Source of the DNA: Candidatus Methylomirabilota bacterium
Lineage (GTDB): Bacteria; Methylomirabilota; Methylomirabilia; Methylomirabilales; 2-02-FULL-66-22
Direction: 5' to 3'
Assembly: GCA_016180655.1 (NCBI GenBank)
Contig: JACPAT010000027.1
Coordinates: 1-53,378, forward strand
Length of the DNA: 53,378 nt
Each line of letters starts with the position of its first letter. Positions within the stretch are counted from its first letter, which is position 1. The translations under genes and the position numbers were made by a program. Below the pieces are notes generated by a model. It was not told where the DNA came from. It saw only the letters and a program-made list of their open reading frames with translations, and ran no database searches. Positions 10,267 to 20,798 of the stretch are shown piece by piece.

Positions 10267-11151
10267 ATGTCTGTGACAATCAAGGAACTCTTGGAGGCCG
10301 GCGTGCATTTCGGGCACCAGACCAAGCGCTGGAACCCGAAGATGAAGAGGTACCTCTTCGGGGAGCGGAACGGGATATACATCATCGATCTCCAGAAATC
10401 CCTGAAGAAGTTCCAGGAGGCGCAGGCCTTCCTGCGGGACGTGGCCGCCCGCGGTGCGTCGGTGCTGTTCGTGGGGACGAAGAAACAGGCGGTGGACACG
10501 ATCCAGGAAGAGGCGGCCCGCGCCGGCATCTACTTCGTCAACCGCCGCTGGCTGGGCGGGACCCTGACGAATTTCCAGACCATCACCAAGAGCATCTCGC
10601 GTCTGAAGCAGCTGGAGGACATGCAGGCCACGGGAAAGTTCGAGGCCTTCTCCAAGAAGGAGGTCCTCAAGCTGGGACGGGAGATGGAGAAGCTCAACAA
10701 TGCCCTGATGGGGATCAAGGGCATGGAGCAGCTCCCCAGCGCGGTCTTCGTCATTGACCCCAAGAAAGAGCGGATCGCGGTCCAGGAGGCGCGGCGGCTG
10801 GGCATCCCGGTGGTGGCGATCGTGGACACGAACTGCGATCCGGACGAGATCGACTATCCGATTCCGGGCAATGACGATGCCATCCGTGCCATCCGGCTGA
10901 TCACCTCGCGGCTGGCCGATGCCATCCTGGATGGGCGGGGAGTGGCCGCCAAGACAGGCGTGGCGGACATGGAAGAGATCATGGCGGCCGGCGGGGCGCC
11001 CGGCGCCGAGGCTGCCGCAGGCGGAGCGGCCGCGGGTGGAGACGCGACCTCCGGCGCGGCCGCGGCCGGGTCCGGTGCCACACCCGGAGCGCCCGTGGCG
11101 GACGCGACCTCCCCGGTCGGTTCCCCGGCGAGCGCGTCCCCGGCCCAGTAA
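10267..11151 (+). CDS. rpsB: 30S ribosomal protein S2 with a ~55-aa Ala/Gly-rich C-terminal extension
   Basis: [19 protein letters not shown]... S2 signature. The tail begins around aa 240. Confidence 0.95.
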   Translation: MSVTIKELLEAGVHFGHQTKRWNPKMKRYLFGERNGIYIIDLQKSLKKFQEAQAFLRDVAARGASVLFVGTKKQAVDTIQEEAARAGIYFVNRRWLGGTLTNFQTITKSISRLKQLEDMQATGKFEAFSKKEVLKLGREMEKLNNALMGIKGMEQLPSAVFVIDPKKERIAVQEARRLGIPVVAIVDTNCDPDEIDYPIPGNDDAIRAIRLITSRLADAILDGRGVAAKTGVADMEEIMAAGGAPGAEAAAGGAAAGGDATSGAAAAGSGATPGAPVADATSPVGSPASASPAQ

Positions 11152-11199
11152 CCTCGGGTCTCCCTGGTCTCGACGGCCGGCAATCACGAAGGAGTGTTC

Positions 11200-12111
11200 A
11201 TGACGATTTCGGCGACGATGGTGCGTGATCTCCGTGAGAAGACGGGGGCGGGGATCATGGAGTGCAAGGCCGCCCTGGCGGAGGCCAGCGGCGATCTGGA
11301 GAAGGCAATCGAGGTCCTGCGGAAGCGGGGCCTGAAGACCGCCGAGAAGAAGGCGGGCCGGACCGCCGCCGACGGAGTGGTGGCGGCCTGGATTGCTCCC
11401 GGCCGGGATGCCGGGGCCCTGGTGGAGGTGAACTGCGAGACCGATTTCGTGGCCCGCACGGATCGCTTTGCCGGACTGACCCGCTCCCTCGTGGCCCTGG
11501 TGGGACAGGATCCCGCCGCCGCATCGGACGTCGCCGTGCTGCTCACGCGATCTCTCAACGGCAAGCCGGTGGCGGAGATGGTCAAGGAAACCATCGGCTC
11601 TCTGGGAGAGAACATCGTCGTCCGGCGAGCGGCGCGGTTGGCGATCCCCCCGGGCGCCCAGGGCGTGGTGGTGAGCTACCTTCACGCCGGCGGAAAGATC
11701 GGCGTGCTGGTGGAGGTGCGGTGCGCGTCGGACGGCGTGGCCCAGGGAGAGGCCCTGGGGCGGCTGGCCAAGGAGCTGGCCCTCCAGATCTGCTCGGCGG
11801 AGCCCGCCTACGTGACGCGCGACCAGGTCCCGGCGAAGCTCCTGGAGAAGGAACGGGAGATCCTGCGGGCCCAGCCCGATGTGCAGGGCAAGCCGGCCGC
11901 CATCCTGGACAAGATCATCCAAGGGCGGCTGGAGAAGTTCTTCATGGAGCGCTGCCTGGTGGACCAGCTCTTCATCCGGGACCCCGAGGGGAAGCAGAAG
12001 ATCCGGGACGTCCTGAAGGCCGCCGAGAAGTCCCTGGGGGAGCCGGTGACGGTGGCGGGATTCGCCCGGTTCCGCCTGGGCGAGGGAATCGAGCGGCGAC
12101 CGGGGGACTAA
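11200..12111 (+). CDS. tsf: Translation elongation factor Ts
   Basis: MVRDLREKTGAGIMECKAAL UBA-like N-terminus. GAAGGAG RBS 5-6 nt before ATG 11200. Confidence 0.93.
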   Translation: MTISATMVRDLREKTGAGIMECKAALAEASGDLEKAIEVLRKRGLKTAEKKAGRTAADGVVAAWIAPGRDAGALVEVNCETDFVARTDRFAGLTRSLVALVGQDPAAASDVAVLLTRSLNGKPVAEMVKETIGSLGENIVVRRAARLAIPPGAQGVVVSYLHAGGKIGVLVEVRCASDGVAQGEALGRLAKELALQICSAEPAYVTRDQVPAKLLEKEREILRAQPDVQGKPAAILDKIIQGRLEKFFMERCLVDQLFIRDPEGKQKIRDVLKAAEKSLGEPVTVAGFARFRLGEGIERRPGD

Positions 12112-12170
12112 CACGGCAACCGGGCACTTAGCCCGCATAATTCACGAACGGACCTGTGAATTCTCCGGAT

Positions 12171-12324
12171 CCAATGACCAATGACCAATTTCCAATGACC
12201 AATGATGGTGGGCGCGCACAGCGCGCCGTCAAGGAGCATCACGGAGATACCATTCACGCTTGGTCATTCGTCATTGGGATTTGGTCATTCCCGCGATTAT
12301 TCGCGAACATGTTCGCGAATAATC
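12171..12324. repeat. Composite repeat element, copy A: CCAATGA x5, internal hairpin, TTGGTCA x4, then the 30-bp perfect palindrome GATTATTCGCGAACATGTTCGCGAATAATC
   Basis: Left arm 12171-12205, GGCGCGC-aca-GCGCGCC at 12210-12226, right arm 12260-12289, palindrome 12295-12324. Homologous to copy B at 19353-19481. Confidence 0.85.
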
Positions 12325-12359
12325 CGGGTTAGGCACTCAGGCAACCTGAGGTTCCTGAT

Positions 12360-12391
12360 TGCCGGACTGCCGGAGTGCCCGACTGCCAGAG
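12360..12391 (+). repeat. One-armed octamer array TGCCGGAC TGCCGGAG TGCCCGAC TGCCAGAG ending 6 nt before the pyrH ATG
   Basis: Four units in register, read directly. Confidence 0.7.
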
Positions 12392-12397
12392 AGACAC

Positions 12398-13117
12398 ATG
12401 CCGGAGCTCAAGTACCGACGGATCCTCCTGAAGATCAGCGGCGAGGCGCTCGCCGGCCGGCAGGAATTCGGCATCAGCGCCGACGTGGTCCGTTTCATCG
12501 CGGAGGAGGTCCGGGACATCCACCAGCTCGGCGTCCAGGTCGGCATGGTGATCGGCGGCGGCAACATCTTCCGCGGGGTGGAGGCCAGCGCCCAGGGGAT
12601 GGATCGCTCGTCGGCCGACTACATGGGCATGCTGGCCACGGTGATCAACGGGCTGGCCCTGCAGGACGCCCTGGAGAAGGTGGGGGTGGACACCCGGGTC
12701 CAGACCGCCATCGAGATGCGCGAGATCGCCGAGCCCTTCATCCGCCGCCGGGCGCTGCGCCACCTGCAGAAGGGGCGGGTGGTGATCTTCGTGGGCGGCA
12801 CCGGCAACCCCTACTTCACGACGGACACGGCGGCCGCGCTGCGGGCCATGGAGATCACCGCCGACGTCGTCTTCAAGGCCACGAAGGTGGACGGGGTCTA
12901 CAGCGCCGATCCGAAGATCGACCCGACCGCCCAGAAGTTCGACGAGCTGAGCTACCTCGAGGTCCTGAGCCGGCGCCTGAAGGTGATGGATTCCACCGCC
13001 ATCTCGCTGTGCATGGACAACGGGTTTCCCATCGTGGTCTTCAATCTGCAGGAGAAGGGGCGCCTGCGCCAGTTGGTGTGCGGGGAGCGGGTGGGCACCC
13101 TGGTCCGGGGAGGCTGA
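12398..13117 (+). CDS. pyrH: UMP kinase
   Basis: [13 protein letters not shown]... and amino-acid kinase fold motifs. ATG 12398. Confidence 0.93.
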   Translation: MPELKYRRILLKISGEALAGRQEFGISADVVRFIAEEVRDIHQLGVQVGMVIGGGNIFRGVEASAQGMDRSSADYMGMLATVINGLALQDALEKVGVDTRVQTAIEMREIAEPFIRRRALRHLQKGRVVIFVGGTGNPYFTTDTAAALRAMEITADVVFKATKVDGVYSADPKIDPTAQKFDELSYLEVLSRRLKVMDSTAISLCMDNGFPIVVFNLQEKGRLRQLVCGERVGTLVRGG

Positions 13118-13123
13118 CGTCCC

Positions 13124-13678
13124 ATGCAGGAGATCATCCGCAAGGCCGAGCAGGACATGAAGCGGGCCACCGAGGCGACGCTCAAGGACTTCAACAGTGT
13201 CCGGACGGGTCGGGCCTCTCTGACCTTGCTGGACGGGATCCAGGTGGATTACCACGGGACGCTTACCCCCTTGAACCGCGTGGCCAGCCTGGCCATCCCG
13301 GAGCGGCGCCTGATCACCATCCAGCCCTGGGAACCCTCGCTGGTCCCCGCCATCGAGAAGGCCATCCTGAAATCCGACCTGGGGATCACCCCGTCCAACG
13401 ACGGCAAGATCATCCGTTTGGCGATCCCCACCCTCACCGAGGAGCGCCGCAAAGAGCTGGTGAAGGTCGTCAGGAAGATGGCGGAGGAGGGCCGGGTGAT
13501 CATTCGCAACCTCCGCCGGGATGCCAACGAGGCCCTGAAGAAGCTGGAGAAGAACAAGCAGGCCCCCGAGGACGCCGTGCGCAAGGGCATGGACCAGGTC
13601 CAGGAATTGACGAATCGCATGATCAAGAACCTGGACGAGCTCCTGGAAAAGAAGGAAAAGGAGATCATGGAGTTTTGA
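13124..13678 (+). CDS. frr: Ribosome recycling factor
   Basis: Full-length RRF similarity (LDGIQVDYHGTLTPLNRVASL...). Confidence 0.95.
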   Translation: MQEIIRKAEQDMKRATEATLKDFNSVRTGRASLTLLDGIQVDYHGTLTPLNRVASLAIPERRLITIQPWEPSLVPAIEKAILKSDLGITPSNDGKIIRLAIPTLTEERRKELVKVVRKMAEEGRVIIRNLRRDANEALKKLEKNKQAPEDAVRKGMDQVQELTNRMIKNLDELLEKKEKEIMEF

Positions 13679-13703
13679 GTCCGGCCGGCCCGCCCGGTGC
13701 GGG

Positions 13704-14516
13704 ATGGCGGACATCGAGGTCATGCATCGCCAACGGATCCTCAGCGCGCTCCTGCTCGTTCCCCCGTTCCTCCTCCTCGTCCATTTCGGTTCGCCACTCC
13801 ACTTCGCGCTGCTGGTCAGCCTGGTCATCGCCCTGGCGGCCTGGGAGTTCTCCCGGCTCTGCCCGGCGGGGACAGATCCCGGGCTCTCGCTTCTCACCGT
13901 GCTCGGAGGTCTCGCATGGCACGCGGCCCTGGCGCTCCACGGGGGCGTGGCGGGCGTTGCGGCCGCGGTGGTGGGAGCGGCGCTCTTGCGGGCCACGCTT
14001 CTGCGGGCCGAGTTTCGGGTCGGCCTGCTGCAGGCGGCCTGGATCGTCCTGGGTACGCTGTACGTGGGGGGTCTCCTGAGCTTCGCCAGCCTCCTGCGGG
14101 CCTTGCCCGAGGGACGACAGGTCATCTACTACCTGGCCTTCACGACGTGGGCGGGGGACATCGGGGCGTTCTATGTGGGGAGCCGGTACGGCCGCCGGCC
14201 GCTGGCGGCCCGAATCAGTCCCAAGAAGACGGTCGAGGGCGCCCTGGGCGGGATGATCGCCACGATGCTGGTGGCGATCGGCGGGAGCGTCTGGATCTGG
14301 CCGCGGTTCCTGTGGGCTCCCGCGGCCCTGGTCGGCCTCCTGCTCGCCAGCGTCGGAATCCTGGGGGACCTGTGCGAGTCGGCGGTGAAGCGGGCCGCCG
14401 ACGCCAAGGATAGCGGAGCCCTCATTCCGGGCCATGGCGGCGTCCTGGACCGGCTGGACAGTCTGATGTTCGCGGGTCCCGTGCTGTACGCGCTGGTACG
14501 GATCGGGTGGGTGTGA
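13704..14516 (+). CDS. cdsA: Phosphatidate cytidylyltransferase
   Basis: CDS signature SAVKRAADAKDSGALIPGHGGVLDRLDS and multiple TM segments. Confidence 0.9.
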   Translation: MADIEVMHRQRILSALLLVPPFLLLVHFGSPLHFALLVSLVIALAAWEFSRLCPAGTDPGLSLLTVLGGLAWHAALALHGGVAGVAAAVVGAALLRATLLRAEFRVGLLQAAWIVLGTLYVGGLLSFASLLRALPEGRQVIYYLAFTTWAGDIGAFYVGSRYGRRPLAARISPKKTVEGALGGMIATMLVAIGGSVWIWPRFLWAPAALVGLLLASVGILGDLCESAVKRAADAKDSGALIPGHGGVLDRLDSLMFAGPVLYALVRIGWV

Positions 14517-16078
14517 TCCCCGGGGGGCTCCCGGCCGCACGGGATCTCCCGCGCGGGTTGCGCGCGGGGCTGGCGGTAGGCAGCGGCCTGCTCTCTGCGG
14601 CGGCCTTCCCGCCCTGGGACCTCGGGCCGCTGGCCTTCCTGGCACTGGTGCCGCTCTTCCTGGCGCTGGAGGGGACCGGCCCGGGGCAGGCGGCCTGGCT
14701 GGGATACGCGGGCGGTCTGAGCTTCTATCTTGCGACGATCTGGTGGGTCATCAACACGATGACCACCTACGGCCGGATGCCGCTCGTCTTGAGCCTGGTG
14801 GTCCTCCTGCTTCTGTGTGGGGTCCTGGCGGGATACACGGCGGCCTTCGCGTGGCTTCTGGCGGCGGGGCAGCGCTGGCTGCGGCTCCCGCGGGAGGTCC
14901 TGCCACTGGTCGCTGCGGGGCTCTGGACGGCCCTGGAGTATCTGCGATCCTATCTCCTGTCGGGGTTCCCGTGGGCACTCCTCGGCACCAGCCAGTACCG
15001 GCAGCCGACGATCCGCCTGCTGGCATCGGCCGTGGGCGTGTACGGGATCTCCGCCCTGCTCATCCTGGTGAATGCCGCGCTGGCTGGCCTCCTGGCCTGG
15101 ACCCTGCGCCCGCGGGATGAGGCGGGCCGGTGGCGGGAGGTGCTGGTGCCCCTGGGACTCGCGGCCGTTTCGCTCCTGGCCTCCGTCGGGTATGGGCGGC
15201 TCGTCTGGCAGGATCCCACGGGGGGGCCCCCGATCCGCGTGGCGTTGCTCCAGGGGAACATCGACCAGTCCCTGAAGTGGGACCGGGGCTATCAGGCGGC
15301 GACCCTGGACATCTACGAACGACTGGCGCGGGGCGCGGCGGCCGAGAAGCCGGCACTGATCGTCTGGCCGGAGACGGCCGTCCCGTTCTTCCTGCGACGG
15401 GATGCCGAGCTTTCCCCGCGCCTGCGCCGCCTGGCCGCGGAGGCCGGTATCCCCATGCTGGTCGGCAGTCCCGACCTGGGAGACGACGGATTCCTGTACA
15501 ATGCAGTCTTTCTGCTGGGGAGCGACGGGCAGATCCGGGGGCGCTACGACAAGCGCCACCTGGTGCCCTTCGGGGAATATGTTCCCTTGAAGGGGATCTT
15601 CTTCTTTCTGGACAAGCTCGTCGTGGGGATCGGCGATTTCGGACGGGGACGGTCGGCCACGGTCTTTTCCCTGGACGGGGCGCGCTTCAGCGTGATGATC
15701 TGCTACGAGGTCATCTTCCCGGGCGAGGTGCGGCAGTTCGTGCGCGAGGGGGCGCAGGTCCTGGTGAACATCACCAACGACGCGTGGTTCGGCCGGAGCG
15801 GGGCACCCTATCAGCACCTGGCCATGGCGGCCATGCGGGCGGTGGAGAACGGGACCTACCTCGTCCGCGCGGCCAACACCGGCGTCACCGCGCTGATCAC
15901 GCCGACGGGAGCGATCCTGGCGGAGACCGGGATCTTCACCGAGGCGGCGCTGGTGGGGAGCGTGCGCGCCCGGCAGGCCGAGACCCCGTACACCCGGTAC
16001 GGGGACGTGCTGGCCTGGGTGTGCCTGGCATTCCTGGGCGCCTACGTGCTTGCGCTTCTGCGATCGCGCCGGAAATGA
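14507..16078 (+). CDS. lnt: Apolipoprotein N-acyltransferase
   Basis: N-terminal TM domain plus CN-hydrolase domain (WPETAVPF, KRHLVPFGEYVP, ICYE). GTG start overlaps the cdsA stop. Confidence 0.9.
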   Translation: MGVIPGGLPAARDLPRGLRAGLAVGSGLLSAAAFPPWDLGPLAFLALVPLFLALEGTGPGQAAWLGYAGGLSFYLATIWWVINTMTTYGRMPLVLSLVVLLLLCGVLAGYTAAFAWLLAAGQRWLRLPREVLPLVAAGLWTALEYLRSYLLSGFPWALLGTSQYRQPTIRLLASAVGVYGISALLILVNAALAGLLAWTLRPRDEAGRWREVLVPLGLAAVSLLASVGYGRLVWQDPTGGPPIRVALLQGNIDQSLKWDRGYQAATLDIYERLARGAAAEKPALIVWPETAVPFFLRRDAELSPRLRRLAAEAGIPMLVGSPDLGDDGFLYNAVFLLGSDGQIRGRYDKRHLVPFGEYVPLKGIFFFLDKLVVGIGDFGRGRSATVFSLDGARFSVMICYEVIFPGEVRQFVREGAQVLVNITNDAWFGRSGAPYQHLAMAAMRAVENGTYLVRAANTGVTALITPTGAILAETGIFTEAALVGSVRARQAETPYTRYGDVLAWVCLAFLGAYVLALLRSRRK

Positions 16079-16108
16079 CGACGTCACACAGGGACCAAGG
16101 GACAAAGA

Positions 16109-16195
16109 GCGTTCGGCTGTTCGAGCGTTCGGGCGTTCGATTGTTCCGGTTCGGAGAGAACGACCGAACCACCGAACTCCCGAACCACCGAACGC
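16109..16195. repeat. Octamer hairpin of the GTTCGNNN / CCGAACNN family
   Basis: GTTCG recurs at 16111, 16119, 16127 and 16135 (8-nt spacing). CGAAC recurs at 16165, 16173, 16181 and 16189. Confidence 0.8.
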
Positions 16196-16246
16196 GCTGC
16201 ACTCGGTGACTCTGTCACTAGGTCCCCGCATTTGAGGGAGGAAGAC

Positions 16247-17354
<1,108 letters not shown>

Positions 17355-17359
17355 AGGCC

Positions 17360-17383
17360 GACAGCGACAGGGACAGGGACAGG
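17360..17383 (+). repeat. One-armed hexamer array GACAGC GACAGG GACAGG GACAGG inside a longer purine-rich tract
   Basis: Read directly, immediately after the prfB stop codon. Confidence 0.65.
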
Positions 17384-17454
17384 GCAACAGAGGGGAGCGG
17401 GAGGGGGAAGTCCCAGGCGTGGTGAGACCAGCCTGACGGATGAGGAGGTGCAGC

Positions 17455-17697
17455 ATGCCGGACGAGGATGTTCGAGCGGAACTGGAGCGGCTGCGCGCCG
17501 AAAACGAAGCGCTCAAGGCCAAGGTGACTCGACCAACGTCCATCAAGGTCAGTGAGAAGGGCGCCGTCTCGGTGTACGGCCTGGGGCGTTTCCCCGTGAC
17601 ACTCTACAAGGAGCAATGGCTCAAGCTCCTGGCCATGGCGGAGGACATCAAGAAGTTCATCGCCGAGAACGAATCCCGGTTGAAGGTCAAGGGGTGA
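17455..17697 (+). CDS. Small hypothetical protein (80 aa): N-terminal coiled coil plus a conserved-looking beta-rich core
   Basis: GAGGAGG RBS 6 nt before ATG 17455. Non-GC-biased composition (K/E-rich): MPDEDVRAELERLRAENEALKAKV...KGAVSVYGLGRFPVTLYKEQWLKLL. No family recognised. Confidence 0.6.
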   Translation: MPDEDVRAELERLRAENEALKAKVTRPTSIKVSEKGAVSVYGLGRFPVTLYKEQWLKLLAMAEDIKKFIAENESRLKVKG

Positions 17698-17726
17698 CAC
17701 CCCCGGGCCACAGGCCCGGAAGGTGC

Positions 17727-17769
17727 GTTCGGTCGTTCGGTGGTTCGGCTCGGCGATTCCACCCGAACA
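17727..17769. repeat. GTTCGGNN octamer array (x3) with a short complementary CACCCGAAC arm, preceded by hairpin CCGGGCC-aca-GGCCCGG (17703-17719)
   Basis: GTTCGGTC GTTCGGTG GTTCGGCT ... CCACCCGAACA. Confidence 0.7.
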
Positions 17770-17784
17770 TCCGGAGGCTCTTCC

Positions 17785-17813
17785 TTGACTCCCCCCGGAG
17801 CGACCCCTATAAT
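17785..17813 (+). promoter_or_regulatory. Near-consensus sigma70 promoter for lysS: TTGACT, 17 nt spacer, TATAAT
   Basis: -35 at 17785-17790 and -10 at 17808-17813, ~45 nt upstream of the lysS GTG. Confidence 0.7.
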
Positions 17814-17857
17814 CGCGGCACTTTCCGCAGAGTTCCGCCCCATCATCTGGAGGACGT

Positions 17858-19366
17858 GTGGACGAGGCGAATGCCTTCATCCGCGAGCGCCTGAAGAAGC
17901 TGGAGGAGCTCAGTCGCGACGGCATTGATCCCTACCCCAGTACCTTTCCCATCACCCACCTGGCAGGCGACCTGACGGGCCGCTACGCCACCGCCGATGA
18001 GGCCGCGCTGGCGGCGGCCGGACCCGTGACCTTGGGCGGGCGGGTCCTGTCGCTGCGGGGGCACGGCAAGGCCTCCTTCGCCCACCTCAAGGACCAGACC
18101 GGCAAGATCCAGATCTACGTGCGCCAGGACGTGGTGGGCGAATCGGCCTACCACCTGTTCCGCCGCGTTGACGTCGGCGACTTCCTGGGGGTGCAAGGAC
18201 GACTCTTCCGGACCAAGACGGGCGAGCTGACGATCCAGGTCGAGCATCTCACCCTCCTGGCCAAATCGCTCCGCCCCCTGCCCGACAAGTGGCACGGCCT
18301 CAGCGACGTGGAGGTCCGCTACCGCCAGCGCTACGTGGACCTGATCGCCAATCCGACGGTGGCGGAGCTGTTCCGGCGGCGGGCGCACGTCATCGCCGAG
18401 ATCCGCCGCTTCTTCGATGCCCGCGGCTTTCTCGAGGTCGAGACGCCCATGATGCACCCCATCCCGGGGGGCGCCGCGGCCCGGCCCTTTGTCACCCACC
18501 ACAACGCCCTGGACCTCAGTCTCTACCTGCGCATCGCGCCGGAACTCCATCTCAAGCGGTGCGTGGTGGGCGGGCTGGAGCGGGTCTACGAGATCAACCG
18601 GAACTTCCGGAACGAGGGGCTGTCCACCCAGCACAACCCCGAGTTCACCATGCTGGAGTTCTACCAGGCCTACGCCGACTATCAGGACCTCATGGCCCTG
18701 ACGGAGGAGCTGCTGCCCCAGGTCGTCCGGACCGTCTGCGGCAGCGATACCATCACCTATCAGGGGCGCCAGATCTCCTTCGCGCCCCCGTGGCCGCGCC
18801 TGTCCCTGGAAGAGGCCCTGGTGAAGCTGGGAGGCCTCCGCCCCCAGGAGGTCCGGACCGAGGCGGGCCTGCGGACCGCCGCGGAGGCGAGCGGTGTTGC
18901 CGTCAAGCCGACCTGGGGGTGGGGCAAGCTCTTGGTCGAGCTCTTCGAGGCCCGGGTGGAGGAGCAGCTCGTCCAGCCCACCTTCGTCACCGACTTCCCC
19001 GCGGAGCTGTCGCCGCTGGCCAAGGCCCGGACGGACGATCCCCGCTACGCGCAGCGCTTCGAGCTGTACGTGGCCGGCCTGGAGGTCGCCAACGCCTACA
19101 CCGAGTTGAACGACCCCCGGGAGCAGCGGCGCCGGCTGGAGGCCCAGGCCAAGGCGCGGGCCGCCGGCGATGAGGAAGCCCACTGCATGGACGAGGACTT
19201 CCTGCGGGCGCTGGAATACGGGCTGCCGCCCACGGCCGGCGAGGGGATCGGGATCGACCGCCTGGTCATGCTGCTCACCGATTCCCCTTCGATCCGCGAC
19301 GTGATCCTGTTCCCGTTGCTCAGGCCGGAAGTCCGGGGTCCCGAGACTACGGACAATGACCAATGA
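17858..19366 (+). CDS. lysS: Lysine--tRNA ligase (class II)
   Basis: OB-fold anticodon-binding domain plus class II motifs. GGAGGA RBS before GTG 17858. The last codons and the stop lie inside the CCAATGA array. Confidence 0.93.
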   Translation: MDEANAFIRERLKKLEELSRDGIDPYPSTFPITHLAGDLTGRYATADEAALAAAGPVTLGGRVLSLRGHGKASFAHLKDQTGKIQIYVRQDVVGESAYHLFRRVDVGDFLGVQGRLFRTKTGELTIQVEHLTLLAKSLRPLPDKWHGLSDVEVRYRQRYVDLIANPTVAELFRRRAHVIAEIRRFFDARGFLEVETPMMHPIPGGAAARPFVTHHNALDLSLYLRIAPELHLKRCVVGGLERVYEINRNFRNEGLSTQHNPEFTMLEFYQAYADYQDLMALTEELLPQVVRTVCGSDTITYQGRQISFAPPWPRLSLEEALVKLGGLRPQEVRTEAGLRTAAEASGVAVKPTWGWGKLLVELFEARVEEQLVQPTFVTDFPAELSPLAKARTDDPRYAQRFELYVAGLEVANAYTELNDPREQRRRLEAQAKARAAGDEEAHCMDEDFLRALEYGLPPTAGEGIGIDRLVMLLTDSPSIRDVILFPLLRPEVRGPETTDNDQ

Positions 19367-19481
19367 CCAATGACCAATTCCCAATGCCAGTACACCCCGG
19401 CCCGTGGAGTATCTTCCCTGTCGGTCATTGGTCATTGGGATTTGGTCATTGCCCCCGGCTTTTCGCGAACGGGTTCGCGAA
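19353..19481. repeat. Composite repeat element, copy B: (A/C)CAATGA x5, spacer, TTGGTCA x4, TTCGCGAAC-GGG-TTCGCGAA
   Basis: Right arm 19421-19450 matches copy A at 28 of 30 positions, including the odd TTGGGAT unit. The TTCGCGAA dyad at 19462-19481 is also shared. Confidence 0.85.
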
Positions 19482-19507
19482 GAGCGGGGATAGGGGGTAG
19501 CGGTCGG

Positions 19508-20791
19508 ATGGCTTGGTCTCTTCCCTACGAGGTGTTCATCAGTCTGCGCTACCTCAAGGCCAAGCGGCGGCAACGCTCCCTCTCCGTCATCACCTTCATC
19601 TCCATCGCCGGCGTGGCCGTGGGAGTCATGGCCCTCATCGTGGTGATGGCGGTGATGAGCGGGTTCGAATTCGACCTCCGCAACAAGATCCTGGGGACCA
19701 ACGCCCACATCTGGGTCCTGCGCTACGGCGAGCGAGGGATCCAGGACCCGGCCGCCGCCCTGGCGGCCGTGCGGGAGGTGCGGGGCGTCAGGGCGGCCTC
19801 GCCCTTCACCTATAACGAGGTGCTGCTGACGGCCGCGGGGCGAACCGCGGGCACGGTCCTGCGGGGGATCGACCTGGCCTCGGCCGTGGAGGCGACCGAC
19901 TTCCGCAAGACGCTCAAGAGCGCGAGCGCGGGGCTGACCGCCGCCATGGCCGGCCCCCGCCCCGTCTTCCCCCCGGACGGGATCGTCCTCGGATCGTACC
20001 TGGCCAGCAACCTGGGCGTCAGCGTGGGCAGCCCGGTGGACGTGCTCTTGCCCCTGGGGGGGGACCTCTCCCCCCTGGGGGTGATGCCCCGCCTGCGCCG
20101 GTTCAGCGTGGTGGGGATCTTCCAGGTCGGGTTCGCCGAGTTTGATTCGAAGCTGGCCATGATCGCGATTCCCACCGCCCAGCAGCTCTTCCGCATGGGG
20201 CCCGCCGTCTCGGGCATCGAGGTCCGGGTCACGGACATCTACCGGGCGGCCGAGGTCGCCGAGGCCATCCGCGCCCGCCTCACGTTCCCGTACTTCACAC
20301 GGACCTGGATGGAGTTGAACCGGAACTTCTTCTCGGCGCTGCGGGTGGAGCGGATCGTGATGTTCGTCATCCTCACCATGATCGTGCTGGTGGCGGCCTT
20401 CGGGATCATCAGCACGCTGATCATGCTGGTCATGCAGAAGCGGAAGGAGATCGCCGTCCTGAAGTCCATGGGCGCCACCGGGGCGAGCCTCATGGCCGTC
20501 TTCATCGTGCAGGGGATGATCATCGGGGCGGCCGGGACGATCCTGGGGCTCCTGGCGGGCCTCGGCCTCGCCCGGAACCTGGATCCCATCGTGGCGGCCG
20601 TGGAGTGGGTCTTCGGGTTCAAGGCCTTCCCGCAGGACGTCTACCTGCTGGACAAGCTGCCGGCCCGCATCCTGTGGCCGGACCTCGTGGCCATCACGGT
20701 CACGGCCTTTCTCATCAGCTTCCTGGCGACGATCATCCCCTCGCGGCAGGCGGCGCGGGTGGACCCGGTCGTCGCCATCCGGTACGAATGA
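19508..20791 (+). CDS. lolE: Lipoprotein-releasing system transmembrane permease (LolC/LolE family)
   Basis: MacB-like periplasmic domain plus FtsX-type C-terminal TM bundle. Adjacent to lolD. Confidence 0.88.
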   Translation: MAWSLPYEVFISLRYLKAKRRQRSLSVITFISIAGVAVGVMALIVVMAVMSGFEFDLRNKILGTNAHIWVLRYGERGIQDPAAALAAVREVRGVRAASPFTYNEVLLTAAGRTAGTVLRGIDLASAVEATDFRKTLKSASAGLTAAMAGPRPVFPPDGIVLGSYLASNLGVSVGSPVDVLLPLGGDLSPLGVMPRLRRFSVVGIFQVGFAEFDSKLAMIAIPTAQQLFRMGPAVSGIEVRVTDIYRAAEVAEAIRARLTFPYFTRTWMELNRNFFSALRVERIVMFVILTMIVLVAAFGIISTLIMLVMQKRKEIAVLKSMGATGASLMAVFIVQGMIIGAAGTILGLLAGLGLARNLDPIVAAVEWVFGFKAFPQDVYLLDKLPARILWPDLVAITVTAFLISFLATIIPSRQAARVDPVVAIRYE

Positions 20792-20798
20792 ACCCACT

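Noticed and set aside
12202-14079. 625-aa plus-strand ORF spanning pyrH, frr and cdsA in another frame
   Set aside because: It is an alternative frame of three clearly identified genes, with a low-complexity Gly/Arg/Pro sequence.
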